A stretch of 57,667 nt of DNA, counting the filler, from Sphacelaria rigidula (taxonomy: Eukaryota): the NCBI GenBank assembly GCA_964200075.2. It is 3 parts of 3 records of this genome, joined end to end, with 100 filler letters (N's around TTAATTAATTAA, not from the genome) between each part and the next. Parts side by side here need not be neighbours in the genome. Positions count along the whole stretch, not along the records: positions 1 to 19,157 come from CAXNAA020000721.1; 2 more parts are not named here. The stretch is one strand, 5' to 3'. Positions 1 to 12,959 of this stretch are shown one piece after another. Each line of letters opens with the position of its first letter. Within the stretch, counting starts at the first letter, position 1. Under the pieces are notes generated by a model. The model ran no database searches and had not been told where the DNA came from. It saw only the letters and a list, made by a program, of their open reading frames with translations. The translations under genes were made by a program, and so were the position numbers.

Positions 1-160
1 CTCATGGGTGCCTCACCATTTAAACACTAGGTGGAACGATCAGGGGGGGGGGGAAGATATCAGTTTTGATCGAACAGGCATGCCGAGCGATTTTGGAAAC
101 GATTCATGCAAGATTTATAGCGAGCGCACTGCAAGTGAAAAAAATAAAATAAAAACTGAC

Positions 161-3100
161 CTTCGTGTCCGCCGGATTGGCAAGATTCTCGACATACATG
201 TAAGTCGAGAAGACCCCGACGCGGCTGCGGTTGAAGTACAGGTTCACTGCCTGAATGCAGGTAAGGGAATAGAGGGGGTGCGGCAAGGGAAAACATTTCG
301 CCTTAAGAAAGTAAGAGATCAAATAAGGGAGCAAGAAAACAAGAAGGCGGGAAGGCAGCCGCATCAAAGGTCGCATCAACAGTGCCCGGAAAAAACAACT
401 TTGCACTGGACAAAGAGGACAGTAAAACAACAGGACGAAAACGAGAGAGAAGAGTCAGCTCATCTCATTCAGTACGTGCGTTCCAGAATAATTATCTTAC
501 TTACCTGAACATCACCGTCGAACAACTGCCCTTCCTTGTTCCCAAGAGTCAGCCACTCAGCATCCCAGTGATGCTGAGTGCGCACGCGGAAATCAAGCGC
601 CGTCGCCGCCTGCCTGGGCGCTTGAGGCCCTGCCGCCCCCGTCGACTCGCTCAGAGACCCCTTTCCACCGCCAACCCCACCCCCGGCCCCGCCTATCCCT
701 TGGTGAACGACTCGCCATTTGTCCGTCGTTGCCGGGTACAAGCTGGACGGGTTGCCGCGACGTGCCCATGGTGTCATCGGCCGCACTAACGAAACCGTCC
801 ACTTCAGTGACGACTCGTGAGCGATTTGCTGGCCAAGATTGATCTCGAATCGCGAGGATCTGGGTCCGATGGGCGTGCACCCACGCAGCTCCAGTCTCGG
901 TCGAGAAAGCACCCCCAACATCGTGGCGGCTTGGCCGCCCGATGGGATGAGAGCTTGCGGTCCTTGCGCGATTGCTCGCTGCGTCACCACCGATAACTTT
1001 GCCTTGTCTGTTGTGGTCGGTGTACCTACTCCGCCGCTTCCACCGTTTGCCCGTCTTGTTCGGTCAATCGCGGTGGAATGGTTTCCGACGGGAAGCACGC
1101 CTGCGTCGCCTGAGCGTGCAGAAATCTGTACCAAAGATGATGCCGGCCTGACAATGACGGTTCAATGCAAAGATTCGAGATTGAAACGCAAATGTACACG
1201 GAGAACAACAACGACATACCAGAGCGCGCATTGAAAACTACGCGCCTTGAAAGAACGGTCACGAAACAACGGAAGACCGAACAGCTTAGAGATAACGAGC
1301 CCTTGATGCGGTACGAGACCGCGCGTGATGTACGGCACCTTGTTGATGGCAAAACATTCAAAACTTCGCCCATCCATAAATGACGAAATATACGACAACG
1401 CTGACCGTCAGGGGAAATATAAGTCGCACCTGTTTCCGGGACGGGAGTGCTTTGACCGACTGCAATCATCGGAAAGCACGGGCACAGAGCCGTCATCTAT
1501 AGGGTCCTTAGACAGACTGTAGCTTCCCCGGGAGCCCAGCGTGCCCATCGTGTGCATTTCACAAGGACCACCAGGAACGGCAGCGCCAGGCGCCCCATCG
1601 ACACCCAAACCCGTCCTCGGCACACCGGTCCGCGGGTCCATGATCGTGTAGTCGAACACAGCGGGGAGCTCTACGTGCACAGCCACCATCTGTGAGGGAT
1701 AGCCAGGGTGGTCAATGTCAGTGACTTCGACGAAAAGACTGGCACCCTGGTTGTACGCCGTGTGGTCGAGAGGTCCCATACCCGCGGCAGCCATGGCAGC
1801 TGCTCGCCCCATCGCGCCACGGTCGCCGAACCGGATAAGCTCGCCTGTACCACTGTCGTATCCTCCGAAATACTCCTCTTGCTCAACATTTTCAGGTGCT
1901 GCAGTCAAACGCACGGTGATCTCTCGCTTTCCATTTACAGACACGATTCCCCGACAGGGCTCTGCGAAAGCCGTTACTTCCTGCACTACCAGCGCGGGCC
2001 GCCGCCGGCCGCCCCCTTCATCCTCCGGCGCCGCAACGCGCACGCCTCTCGCCAGCCGGAGTCGACCGCCCCCGGCGAGGCTGAAGCGGACGGGACCCTG
2101 AGTCCCCGGAAAGCTCTGAACGGAAAATGTAGCGGGACCTTCCTGGTCGAACGGGCCCGTTCCGTCGCCATCACCTCCGCCACCGCCTCCACCACTCTCC
2201 GGCGGCCTTAGAGTAATGGCGATCGACGTGCAAGAGAGTCCGAACGTCGGTCCCGGAATAAGCGACCCCAATACGGCCACAGACTCCACCAAAACCCCTT
2301 CTCCTTGCCCCACGATATCATCAGCCCCATCGGTCGAGCGTCCTTCTAGCGCAATCTCCACTCGCACGAAGCCCAAAAGGCGGGCGTCCGGGTCCCAGTC
2401 GTGAAAACCGCCACCAATTCTTGATCCACCGCCTGACATCGCTGCCGACGTCACTATCGAGGAGGCATATGCTGCATCGTCGTCCAATGACGATGACGCC
2501 GGGAGAAGCTCCGGCGGAAGTCGAGCCCCCGGTAGCGCGATGCACTCTACCTGCACGTCCACCATATCCCCGGGAAGCAGGGAAACACTTGGCGACGGGC
2601 GACCGTCAGGGTGCGCCAAGGCGTACACGCCGTTCGAGGAGTCCTGGTGATGCATGGACGCTCCGAGCGACAGCACTGTAGCGACTTCCACCGCCGGCTC
2701 TACACACATCTTCACCGCAACCGGCTCGTCCGACACGTTCTGCACCTGAAACGAACCGGTGCAGCGCCCAGTGGCGCCCCTCCGCGACGGTATCGCCAAG
2801 GGAGCCAGTCTCACAGCACCTCCCGAGGGTGTTCCGAACGAGCCAAAACTGCCCACCATTGAAGCCGATGGTTTTCCCAGCTCTGAATCAACAGAGCTCG
2901 GTTTGCGCCCAGGGGGGGGAACAGGGCCGGGATAGCTCGGAGTGCCCAGGTAACTTGGAGTGCCCGGGCTCACGAGGCGGAGTAGCATGGGGCTCGGAGG
3001 CGGTTCGTCCAGGCCGAGAATGCTCACCAGATGCGTAACCACGCGAGCGTGAACTGCGACGGCAACCTCCTCCGCCCGGGGGTCGGCCAGGTTGGCCAGT

Positions 3101-6100
3101 CGGATGGTGAACGTTTGTGCGCCCGCCCAGCTTTGTCGCCGTTGGGAGAGACGCAGCTGAAACGTCAGTGACACCTCGGTCCTCGCCGGTAACCACGTTA
3201 CAATGTTGTGATCCGGAAACGCCTTTCTCCCCGAAGCATCATCCCCAAGACGTGATCGGACACCACACGCCAACGCGCAGCTGGGACGAGTCGATGACGA
3301 CCCGCCAGCTCGGCGGTAGGAGCATCCGCCACCAGCGACAGCGCTACTGCCTCCGCTACTCCCACCACCGCCGACGTTAACGTGCCCCCCTGTCTTTCGG
3401 CGTGGGACGCTGTCGCTGGCGCCGCTGCTGACCGCCGCCGCCGACTGTATTTCGGCCGGTCCGTTCAAGGCGGTGCCGTCATCGACAAGCTCTAGCTCCG
3501 GAGACAGGCTTGTCATTCCAACGGGAACGGGTGTATCAGACAGATTTCGCAGCGTAAGCTTAAAGCGGCGACGGCCACGTTTGTAAACTGTGTGGCCGAC
3601 GTTACCAAGGTCGATAATAGAGGGACCCAACACGCCAAACCTCGGTCGGCAGTAGGTGCCGACGGCCCTGACAAGCTTGACCAGCGGCGGCGTCCCCGAA
3701 TCTGCTGCAACGCGAGGCCATGCAGTCGTGTCCGCGAAGTCTATATTTTCCGGCACTTCCAGCACGTCCAGTATATCCACCTCTTCGTGCATGCCCCCTT
3801 GTCGCGCCAACGAGCGGAGAGTGTCGTCGTCTACCTGAGCCAAAGCAACGAAGCCATCGAACGGTACAGCTCGGCCGTCTTCCACCGCGGATATCGGCAG
3901 CGGGCCCGTCACCGCGCCCGGCCGAATGCCAAGTCGCAGCCTCCGCGTGGCATTAGGCGCGAGAGTGAAAACGGCACCGCACTTTGTCATCCTCAGCTCC
4001 GGATTCCATGAATTTGGTCCTTTCGGCTCAGACAGCGGTGACGCTGGCGATATCTCCTGCTCTGCTTCCTCCGCATCAACAGACCATGTCTGCATCCTGC
4101 CCCCACCAAACGACTTGCTCCGTCGATGGCCGCCGGCGCTACCGTGTCCCCAACCTCTTGTACCGTGCTCCGGTGAGAACGAAACAGCAAAACCATCGAC
4201 AAGGTGGGCAGCATGGGTCTTACGCCGTCGCGCGACCGGCGCGATGAACAGGGGAAGATTCGAGTAAGGAGCAAGAACCACTGATCGGTTCAGGCGGTTC
4301 GTCACTCGAAATTCCATCTCACCATCGGCAGTGATGGCGGCAGGATCGTCTTCAAAATCATCCCCAGCTTCCTCGTCCCCGTGAGTGATATCATCAGCCA
4401 CGCTTAAGCGGCGCAGCACGGTCACCGGGGACAGTTCGAACGGCCCAACAAGCCTATCGATGCCTTGTCGATCTCGGTAGTCGTCGTCTTCGTCTCCATA
4501 TTCCTTCTCCGCGTGTATGTTGTCCCGAACGCTGACCACCTCCTCCTCGACCACCTCCCCCTCTGACTCCGACTCTTCACCATCCCCGTCGAGAGCCAGG
4601 CTACCTTCATCGAGCCGCGAATCCAAAACTGGTGCCAGAAGGCGAAAACGGGAGAGGGAGGGACGACCGCCAACGTCAATGACGTTGTCGTCGTTACCGA
4701 TGGTGGCACGCGTTTCGGGAGAAGCGCCGGAGCTCCCGCCAGCGGACGGCCGCATTTGATCGGGGGCGATGGATTCGGAAGCGGAAGGCAGCGGAGTCAC
4801 GGGCACCATAATCGGAAAGTGCAGGGTCTCCAGCGACGCAAGCGACTGCCCGTGTACATCAGTAAGCTGTTCAGCCTTCTCCGTCACCTCAACAGCTGAA
4901 GCCGAATCCGCCGAAAACCGTCTTATCAAAGCAGCAGTTGGCACTTCCATCGCCGCTGCTGCAGCTGCCGTTGTTGCCCCACCATGAAGCGGGAGAGCAA
5001 ACAGCGAAATAGTGCCGTTATCCACAAACAGCCGAATTTTGTGGTAAAAGCACACTCGCCCACAGAATGCTGGCGCGGCTGACGAAGAAGACAACGCCAC
5101 AGTAGCTTCCCTACCGACATCGGTTGACGAATCAACCGATGAAGGGGGAGAGCTGAGATTCTCCACAGCCAGCTCACTTTGGAACACTCCTTGGTAATCA
5201 TGGAAAAGAACACAGAACCGGATGCGGCGGCGGCCAGATGGTGGCAAGGTGCCGGTTTCGGTGTCAAGCAACACGACCTCGGCAGACCCAGTCGGTAGGG
5301 TGTGCAGCCGCGCCAGAGCGCTGGCTATGTCCAAACATCTCACGCTTCCTCGAGGCCGGCCGTTGTCTTTGATTTCTCCTCCGACAGCCATCCTTTGTGT
5401 TCCTCCCGCTATCCGATATTTCAGAGGCAGAGCTTTGGTGACGTTCTCCAGATTCACCGAACCGTACACTACTCGTCGCCGCTCGTCTTCGGCATCTCTG
5501 CGCTCGCTCCTGCCCGCCGCAGCCACGACGAAAGGGTTGCACCCGATATCATCAGGACTTGTCAGTGCGAGAACGCCACCGCCACTAGTATCCGTATCGA
5601 TGCTGCTGCTGCTGCTGCTGCTGCCGCCGCCACCGCCGCTGATGCAATGCGGCGGCGGCAGGAGGGTGAATGGCGAGTCCTGACCCCTGAGGCGCAAGAT
5701 ACTGACTCCAACAGTACCAACGAACTTGATGGTCAGCTCAAACAGCCGGTCCGTCGTCTGTCGAGACGCCACTGATTCGACCACAGGGTCGAGGACGGGG
5801 CTTCCAGCACACGATGGCAGCGCTGCTGCTCCTGCGCCCCCGTTTGCTGCGGCCACTGGTGCTGCGGCTGACCCTGATTCCTCGCCTACGCTTTTGTCAT
5901 GGAGAACTGTCCCCCCGAGCGTAGCTTCGTCACCCCCACCGTCGGCGGGGGCAGTTTTGCCTTCATTGTCGACTACGGGAGGTACATCAGCAAGAGCGCG
6001 GCTGTATCCCAAAATTCGCACGCCACCGACCAGTTCTCGGCAATCCCTGGACACGAGACGAACGGGCGAACGAAACCAACATCCAACGACGAAGTGGGTT

Positions 6101-9100
6101 AGCTTGGGTGGCGACCAGGAGTGGGTGATGGCCAACCACATGCACAAGATGCCGAAATTGTGCGCGAGGTTGGATAATGGTGGTGAATGATCCTTCTACC
6201 CGGCTAGGAATGCGTGTCCTCCAGTCTGCAATCCCACGTAGTTTGGCTCTGATATTTCACGTGACGCTTCTCCTGTATCAACATCCTCCCGTGCACGTTA
6301 TTTGACATCACATACACTGGCCACTCAGAACATGAAGGAATGTACATCTTCGACAAGGAAGACAACGAGCACGCACGTCAACATCTCTCGAAACACCACT
6401 ACACAGCGATTACAATTGCACACACCATATGCACAACACAAGAGTACGAAACGCGAATCATGCGATACTCGGCGAGGCGAGAAAAACATTGTTTACCCTG
6501 TGACGTACGCCTCGCTCGGCAGCACAGGACGCAGTCCAATGTAGAGCGTGGTTTCCGACTGAGGCAGCAGAGGCAAGTCCGCCACGAGCGGCCGGTGAGT
6601 CGTGGTCCCTGCCGCCGCAGCCGCCGCTGAGGAGGTGGGCGTCGGAATATCCGCGTACACAAAGCACTGTTTTCTCAAATTCGGGATACAAGAGAGAAAC
6701 AGCTTGTGGTCCGTCACGTTGCGAACACGCAGCCGCCGTACGATATCCGTCTCAGGAGCAGCGGTGGCGGCGCTCACATCATTTTTAACCGACCCGTTCT
6801 CCGCTTCAAAACGCGGTGGCATATAACAGTGACCAATTTGGAGTTCCGCCGGCTTGAACGTCATGTCCGGATCCAGGTCGGGGAAATACAAGTACATTCG
6901 AGGTTTCACGGTGACGGACACTGTCACTTTGGCCTGTATACATTTGTGTTTCGCACAGGAAGAACACCGAGCGGCATAATATCCATGTTACAAGCGGCGG
7001 TAGACCCGTGTTGCAAGGAGGGACAGAGCGATGGAGGGACGGAGGGGGGCGGGGGAATGGCCGGGTTTGGTACGGCAATGTCAGTGTTTTCCCTCCTTCA
7101 AAATGCGTGTATGCCTCAAGCTGGCGGTACAGTACATGCTAATGCTTTACACAGTATACGAACGCCACCCACGAGATATGTTGGAATGGTCCTCGTTGAA
7201 TACCTCACGCTGGAATGCTTATAAAATGCGTATGGTCGATCACATCCAGTACCCGCTTTGGGTCGAAACAACATGCCCCACCGGTACCACCGAAATATGC
7301 CCTGTATCCTAACTGCAAAATACATTAGGTTGGTGGGTGTCATCCCCCCCCCCCCCCTTCTTTTTGCTTGTATGTTGACTGAGTGCTCGCCTGATCCTGT
7401 TTGTTGCTGAGATTACGCACGGCCAAATCGTGCATCCAACGACCGACGGACGTCGCGTGAAACGCAAAAGAGACGTCCACCGAGCCCCCCGACTGCAGAG
7501 TGCCCGTTGGCTGGTTGGTTAGCAAAAGGCTATTCGTCGCCGGTTTTCCATTCACCATGACAACGAACCTAAAGAGAACATGCAATAGCGACGGCGCCGA
7601 AAACCATGGCCATGTCGAGGACAGGACAGGGCGGGGTGAGAGGGTGGAGTGTGCAAGATGATTGCCCAATCGTCTCGTCGACAAACACTCCAGGGCACTG
7701 GGAATTTGGTATGAAGGAAAATAGGGGATGCCGGCATTAGTTTGCAGTGCTGCCATGTGCACGGCACTTATGGCAGGCACTTAGTTGGGGAAAAGCAAAA
7801 AAGTTTGTCTTGTTTTTGCAACAACGGCTCCCTAGCACCGTTTTACGACAGCGACAACACACGAGACGTCGACAGGGGACGCTGATACAAGCGACAGCGT
7901 ACGCCTGAAAATATACTCAGGAGAGTTAAGGGGTCAAGGCATTCGAGGCGGGCAGCATCAAGAGCGTGTCTTTCGTGCACCCCATCAAGATTACCCCTCG
8001 CATCACCAAGGATTCATCGTGCGGGGGAAACAACATATTCTACAACTGCTCACGCGGGGATAAAATCTTCCATATACCCCTCCTCGAATAGCATAAAAAT
8101 TCGAGCTTTCATGGAAGTGCGGTGGTCGTGAGTAATACGCAACAACGTGAGTGTGAAATTGAATGCGATGACCCCCCCTACCCCAATCTCACCCGGTCAG
8201 CCTGCGGAGGTACAAACACAAAAAAACTCACTTCACAGGTGCCGGGCCAGTCGACAGGTTGTGCACCGTGAAGCTCGACTGGGTGTGGGAATCCAGGTCG
8301 ACGGTACCAAGTTCGACTTTCTTCGGGACGCTGAGGTAGCTCTCCGGCAGAGCTTCCAACACAACAGGGACGAGAACGCGCTGGCGCGCTCCACCGCCTC
8401 CCCCTCCGCCGCTTCCCCCATCGCCGCCGCTGCGTCCACTCCCGATCTCACCGATGCAACTGCCGTTGCTGCTGCCGCCGCCGCCGCCACAGGTTGCACC
8501 GTTTCCATCTTCGTGGTGGGTGTGGGGTCGGTCAATGACGGTGACCGCAACAGCGCCTACGCACCTGAGGCAGGGGAGAGTGGCGCGGAATGGGGAGAGG
8601 GGCCTTGACAACATATAACAGCGGAAAATGTCGCCATCTGCATAGCAACAACGGGGACGGGAACACTCACAAGGATATCTGCTGTGCATGGCTCCCTTGG
8701 CAAGAACATGAATACCAAGTAAAGGTGCACCATGACGTAAAAAAATTGGCACGAACTCCTCAACACAAGACACCAGCCCGATTGAGGTCGAGCGCATCCA
8801 ACCGTTGCGTACGTCGTTGAGTTTCGAGCGCTTCAAAAGCGGACAATAAAATACGGGGAAGTGTAGCTTTTACTAGAGTGAAAGGGAGCGTGTCATCTTC
8901 TGGTCGACATCAACCACCTGAAATGGCCTATCAACAACGCTTCCCTCCTCCTTTTTCCCCGCCCCGGCACATGGCGCTCCATCTCGAAAGGAATGCATGA
9001 TCAATGGTCAAACGACTGAGGTGATCATCAAAGAAGTACACCCCTGCGTCCCTGCACACACAAAAACCGTCGGAAGCACCTCTTACCAACGGCCAACCGG

Positions 9101-12100
9101 AATCGACACGGGTCCGTCGAGTTTGACGCTGATATCTAGCGTGCTCTCTGCGTAGAGGACAGCCGCCTGAACTGTAGCGGGCGGCGGAGGCGTCTGATGT
9201 CCGCCGCTTGCCGTTGACTCTGCTCTGAACAGGAAAGTCGGGGACGGATTTGGGAGAACCCCCATGCGTCGCGCAGAGTCTTCGTCCCAGCTCACCTGCG
9301 CGCGGCAGGGCAACAGCGGGTGTAGATTAGGGGAGTGGTGAAAGCGATATAAGAGAGACAGAAAAGGGGGTGGAGTGACGGGGGGACGGGGGGGGGGCAC
9401 AAGGAGCTAAAGAGCACAAAGCCCAACAAAGTGTCACGAGTGGCGATCGGGGGACACTACAGGGCAGACAAAATAGTACAAGATGTGCAAGTGAGGGCAA
9501 GCCAAGAGAGCGCGTCAGCAGCGTCAACATAATGGGCACAGCTCAGCGAGATAAAAAATTGTTTGACCAGAGTAGCATATGGGGGGTCGGACAGTGTCGT
9601 ACCATCGAAAACGGAGAGCAAGTCTCGTTATTCAAGCGGTAGGCAGACTAGCGTTAAAAAAGGGATCCGCACCCATACCCGTGCCGGTACCCCGAAATAC
9701 GCAGGGTGAAACGCAAGGAACATATGGTCGAGCGTAGTCAAGAGAGACGTCTTTCGCTTTTTTCAAAATGCACGAGGACATAACCACAAGACAAAAAGAA
9801 TGAAGAAAGTGGGGGGAAAAGGTTTCCTGGCATATTATACGTTCCCTGCACGCCCTGCAACAGCGAAAGAGCAAAAAATTATATGAAGACGAAACGGGCA
9901 GCAACATCTAGATGCACTCTGTCCAGCCACCTGCGGGGGCCCTGCAAGCAAGCAGTGAAAAACAAAACGCCGCCTTACCCTGACGATGACATCCTCTGTC
10001 GTAACTGAGTGCATGGAGAACATCCCGGCCGATGCCTGTCCAGGCGGCGGCGCGGCCCCTGTCCCGTCATGATGCTGGTCGGCACTGCTGCTACTTATCA
10101 CCATCCTGACTGCCTCAGACAAAGCAAACCTCGATCCCCCCGACCCCGCACCGCCCTTCGGAAATAGTGCAGGCAACGACGCTGGGGTGACAGCACCACC
10201 GCCGCCTCCAATAGCCGCTGCCGCGGCCGTGGCCGCCGGATTTTCGACCCCCTCTGCAAGAGCAAGATCGCTACTGCCACCGACGGCTGCGCTGGCTTCC
10301 GGTGCGGCGGTCAAAACAGCTGCTGGTGACGGTGGTGCACCTTCTTCCGCTCCCCCGAGTGTGCAAAACTGAGCAAACTGGGCTACAGTGACGAAAAACG
10401 GGGCTTTATTGTTGACATCATCATCGCAGAGCCCCGCCGCGAACCCCCCGCTGCCAGCCGACCAAAGTCTCCCTCTTTCCTCGTTATCGGCGACCCCAGT
10501 TGATGTTGCAGTCGGCGAGTTCTGTTGCTGCGCTGCCGTGCCTCGAGTGGCGTTGTTCGAGCCATCGGACAAAGTGGGACTGCACGACGCGCCACATTTC
10601 CTCCCGACCAGCATACCGGGCCCGCCGCCTGGGTCGTCTACCTCGTCGCCTGCGTCTGAAAGCGCAGATCCCACAGGGCTCGGCGGGCTGCGGTGACTGA
10701 GATGAAGAAAAGTGCCAGTCAATAACGAACAGCGAGAAGTATGGGATAGAAAAACAACCGAGGTCAACCAAATGCACGACTACCAAGACCATGGGCCGCG
10801 ATAAGTGAGACGCCATAGCCTCAGTCACATCGAAGTGCAAAACTGTTTCGTTCGCGCCCCGAAATGACTGAAACTCCCCGATGATGCAAGAAAAATCAAG
10901 CAGATCAGCATACGCTGCAAAGTGGTTTCCAAGTTCTGCCTCGTTGACCAGACGCAAAATTTCCACAAGTTTTCGTATGCGCAAAAGGACACCATCGTCA
11001 TATCTACACCCACCCGCTTTGATCTCCCGCACCAACACCGGCGCCTCCTCCTCCTCGAACGTCCGTCGCAACGGTCAATAGTGGATATCCGTGCGCCGGG
11101 CCAGGGTAAGCGGAGCGCCGTGGCTTACAATCGCTGCCCCTGGTACTATTACTATCGTACCCGGAGCTGGCATTCGCCGCAAGAGGTGACGTCGATCGGT
11201 CTGGCGACCCCCTCCGCGATGTCGGCAAGAGAGCCGCAGGCTCGTCGAGACCCCTATCATCACCACCAGCAGACACATCAGAGGCCGCAGGCGCCTTCGC
11301 CGTTGTCATGGCTGCAAACGACGTAAACGACGGTGACGGCGATCGGTCGGGTCCACGTGAAATAGGGGCGAACACACCGCTGCCGCCTTCGCTGCCGCCG
11401 CCGCCTTCGCTGCCTCCTTCGCTACCACCTTCGCTGCCACGATCGCTGGACCCGGCTCGATCTCGATCTCGCCTGCCAGTGAACACTCCCAGCGTCTGCT
11501 GGAGGTGGGTTGCAGGTTGGGGAGTACGAGTCGGGAGTTGCTGAAGCCGTGACCAATCTCTACTTCCGACTGTGCAATGATGTAGTAGAAGTAAGTTCGA
11601 CGCGAGAGGTAGCAACAACAAATAAGACCGAACAAAAACACAAGATCCCCCTCCCCAGGGTCCCCATCAGCGTAGACTCGAAAGCAACGCTGCCTCGAGA
11701 CGCCAGCCAGCAACACACACGAACACAGATCAAAATCTCGTACCTGCCGACTAACCTCCTGCAGTATACCTCCAGGGGGAGATCCGGGATTCGAGCCAAC
11801 CCTTCCCTTTAACTGCCGTCGCGATCGACCCCACCCGACAGGAGACCCGCTATTGCCACTAGAACCAGAAGGGGCCGGCGGCGGCACGGCACGGCCGACG
11901 GATTTGTACGACGGCACATTCGGCGAAGTGGCGTTAGAAGATCCGTCCGTAGGGGAGTGAGAAATCCTCGGGACAACGACTCGCGGTAGGTATTTGCGTC
12001 CACGGGGGGGGCCACCGCCGGCCGAATACCCTGGCGGGGTCTGGATCCCCGGAGGGGGAGAGAGGGCTCCATCTCGCTCTCGGCTGTCGTCTTCCGCCTC

Positions 12101-12274
12101 CCCGTCGACGGACGGCGACGCGGACGGAGGTAAGGCGCCTTGGTATGCTGCGGGGCTGCTGTACACCTGTTGGCGAGAAGATGGAGGAAAAGTGCGCATC
12201 GTGACGGGTGCAGCGGCGGCGGCCGAGTGGGATGAGTGTGTGTGTGGGGGGGGGGCGTACTCTTGATCTTGCAT
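161..12274 (-). CDS. Giant uncharacterised multi-exon protein with tandem Ig-like (ASH/PapD/MSP-type) beta-sandwich modules; 3' part continues beyond window start
   Basis: Exons with GT(GC)-AG boundaries: ~11756/11768-12274 (start and first donor uncertain), then phase-consistent 11014-11569, 9979-10696, 9087-9295, 8232-8603, 7391-7568, 6497-6933, 1430-6046, 505-1147, 161-250. Recurrent beta-rich motifs: VELGTVD..FTVHNLS, LQIGHCY..LRVRNVT, IDLGNVG..LTLRNLS, VRNLSNKQD, RLANLADP, VENLANPAD, FEINLGQQ. These are separated by G/S/A low-complexity linkers. The domain call is inferred from the motif pattern only. Confidence 0.75.
1430..6046 (-). CDS. 4617-bp internal exon of the giant Ig-like repeat protein
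   Basis: Lies within the 1579-aa ORF 1408..6147. Acceptor ccag|G GAT TGC joins the upstream exon to give YVTG-DCRELVGGVRILG. Donor AAC AG|gtgcga at 1430/1429. Confidence 0.85.
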
Positions 12275-12959
12275 GCCGTAGTCCTGACCACTGACTGCGG
12301 CCGAGTGGGGGGTGGGGGGATGGGGTGAGCAGAGGAGAGGGGCGGACGGATATGGTCCATTCATCAAATCTAATCGCAGTGGACACGTGTATGTTAATCC
12401 ATGCGTCCGGATGGACGAAATGAAAGTAACTCGGGGATACCAGATACAAGACATATTTTTCGAGGGAGGTGGCAAGAAAGGGGCGAGGGCAAAACACTGT
12501 CCACATGGAAGCATCAATACAGTCATAATACCCGATTCTCACAGCCCGGAGTCCGGTCTACCGTTTTGCTCGTGCATGAATAAATACTTGTGCTTTATTA
12601 CGTGTGTCCAGCTGCATCTTCAACGACCCGCTCCTTCCACACCATAGGGAAACACAATTCTTCTTGTTGGTGCGAACGTGGTGTGCGAGGTATACTCTCA
12701 GTATACCGTTCAATTCGACTGATGTCACAGCTGTGATGTCGCCATGTCCCTCTGCTCTGCCGCTTGATTCACGCCAACTTCACAAACACGACGAGAATAA
12801 AGATCTACTGTAGCCAAATTAACGCAACCCTATTCAACGGAGTCAATGGGTCGGCATCATGTGGCATGGCGCTATTAAATGCCCAAGAAAACGGCGATGA
12901 CTTCTCCCATAATCTCGGAACAATTTCCTGCTTGCTCCATTTCTCACGCTCTTTCGAAT

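Noticed and set aside
10484-11071. Protein-looking 195-aa ORF (VLLRIRKLVEILRLVNEAELG...)
   Set aside because: Most of it lies in a phase-consistent GT-AG intron (10697-11013); no recognisable motif.
11306-11569. Alternative reading frame SEVEIGHGF...AAKAAAV suggesting a programmed frameshift
   Set aside because: It ends in a stop at 11306. The other frame splices cleanly downstream, and an alternative phase-1 donor near 11768 explains the junction. Unresolved without cDNA, but there is no evidence of recoding.
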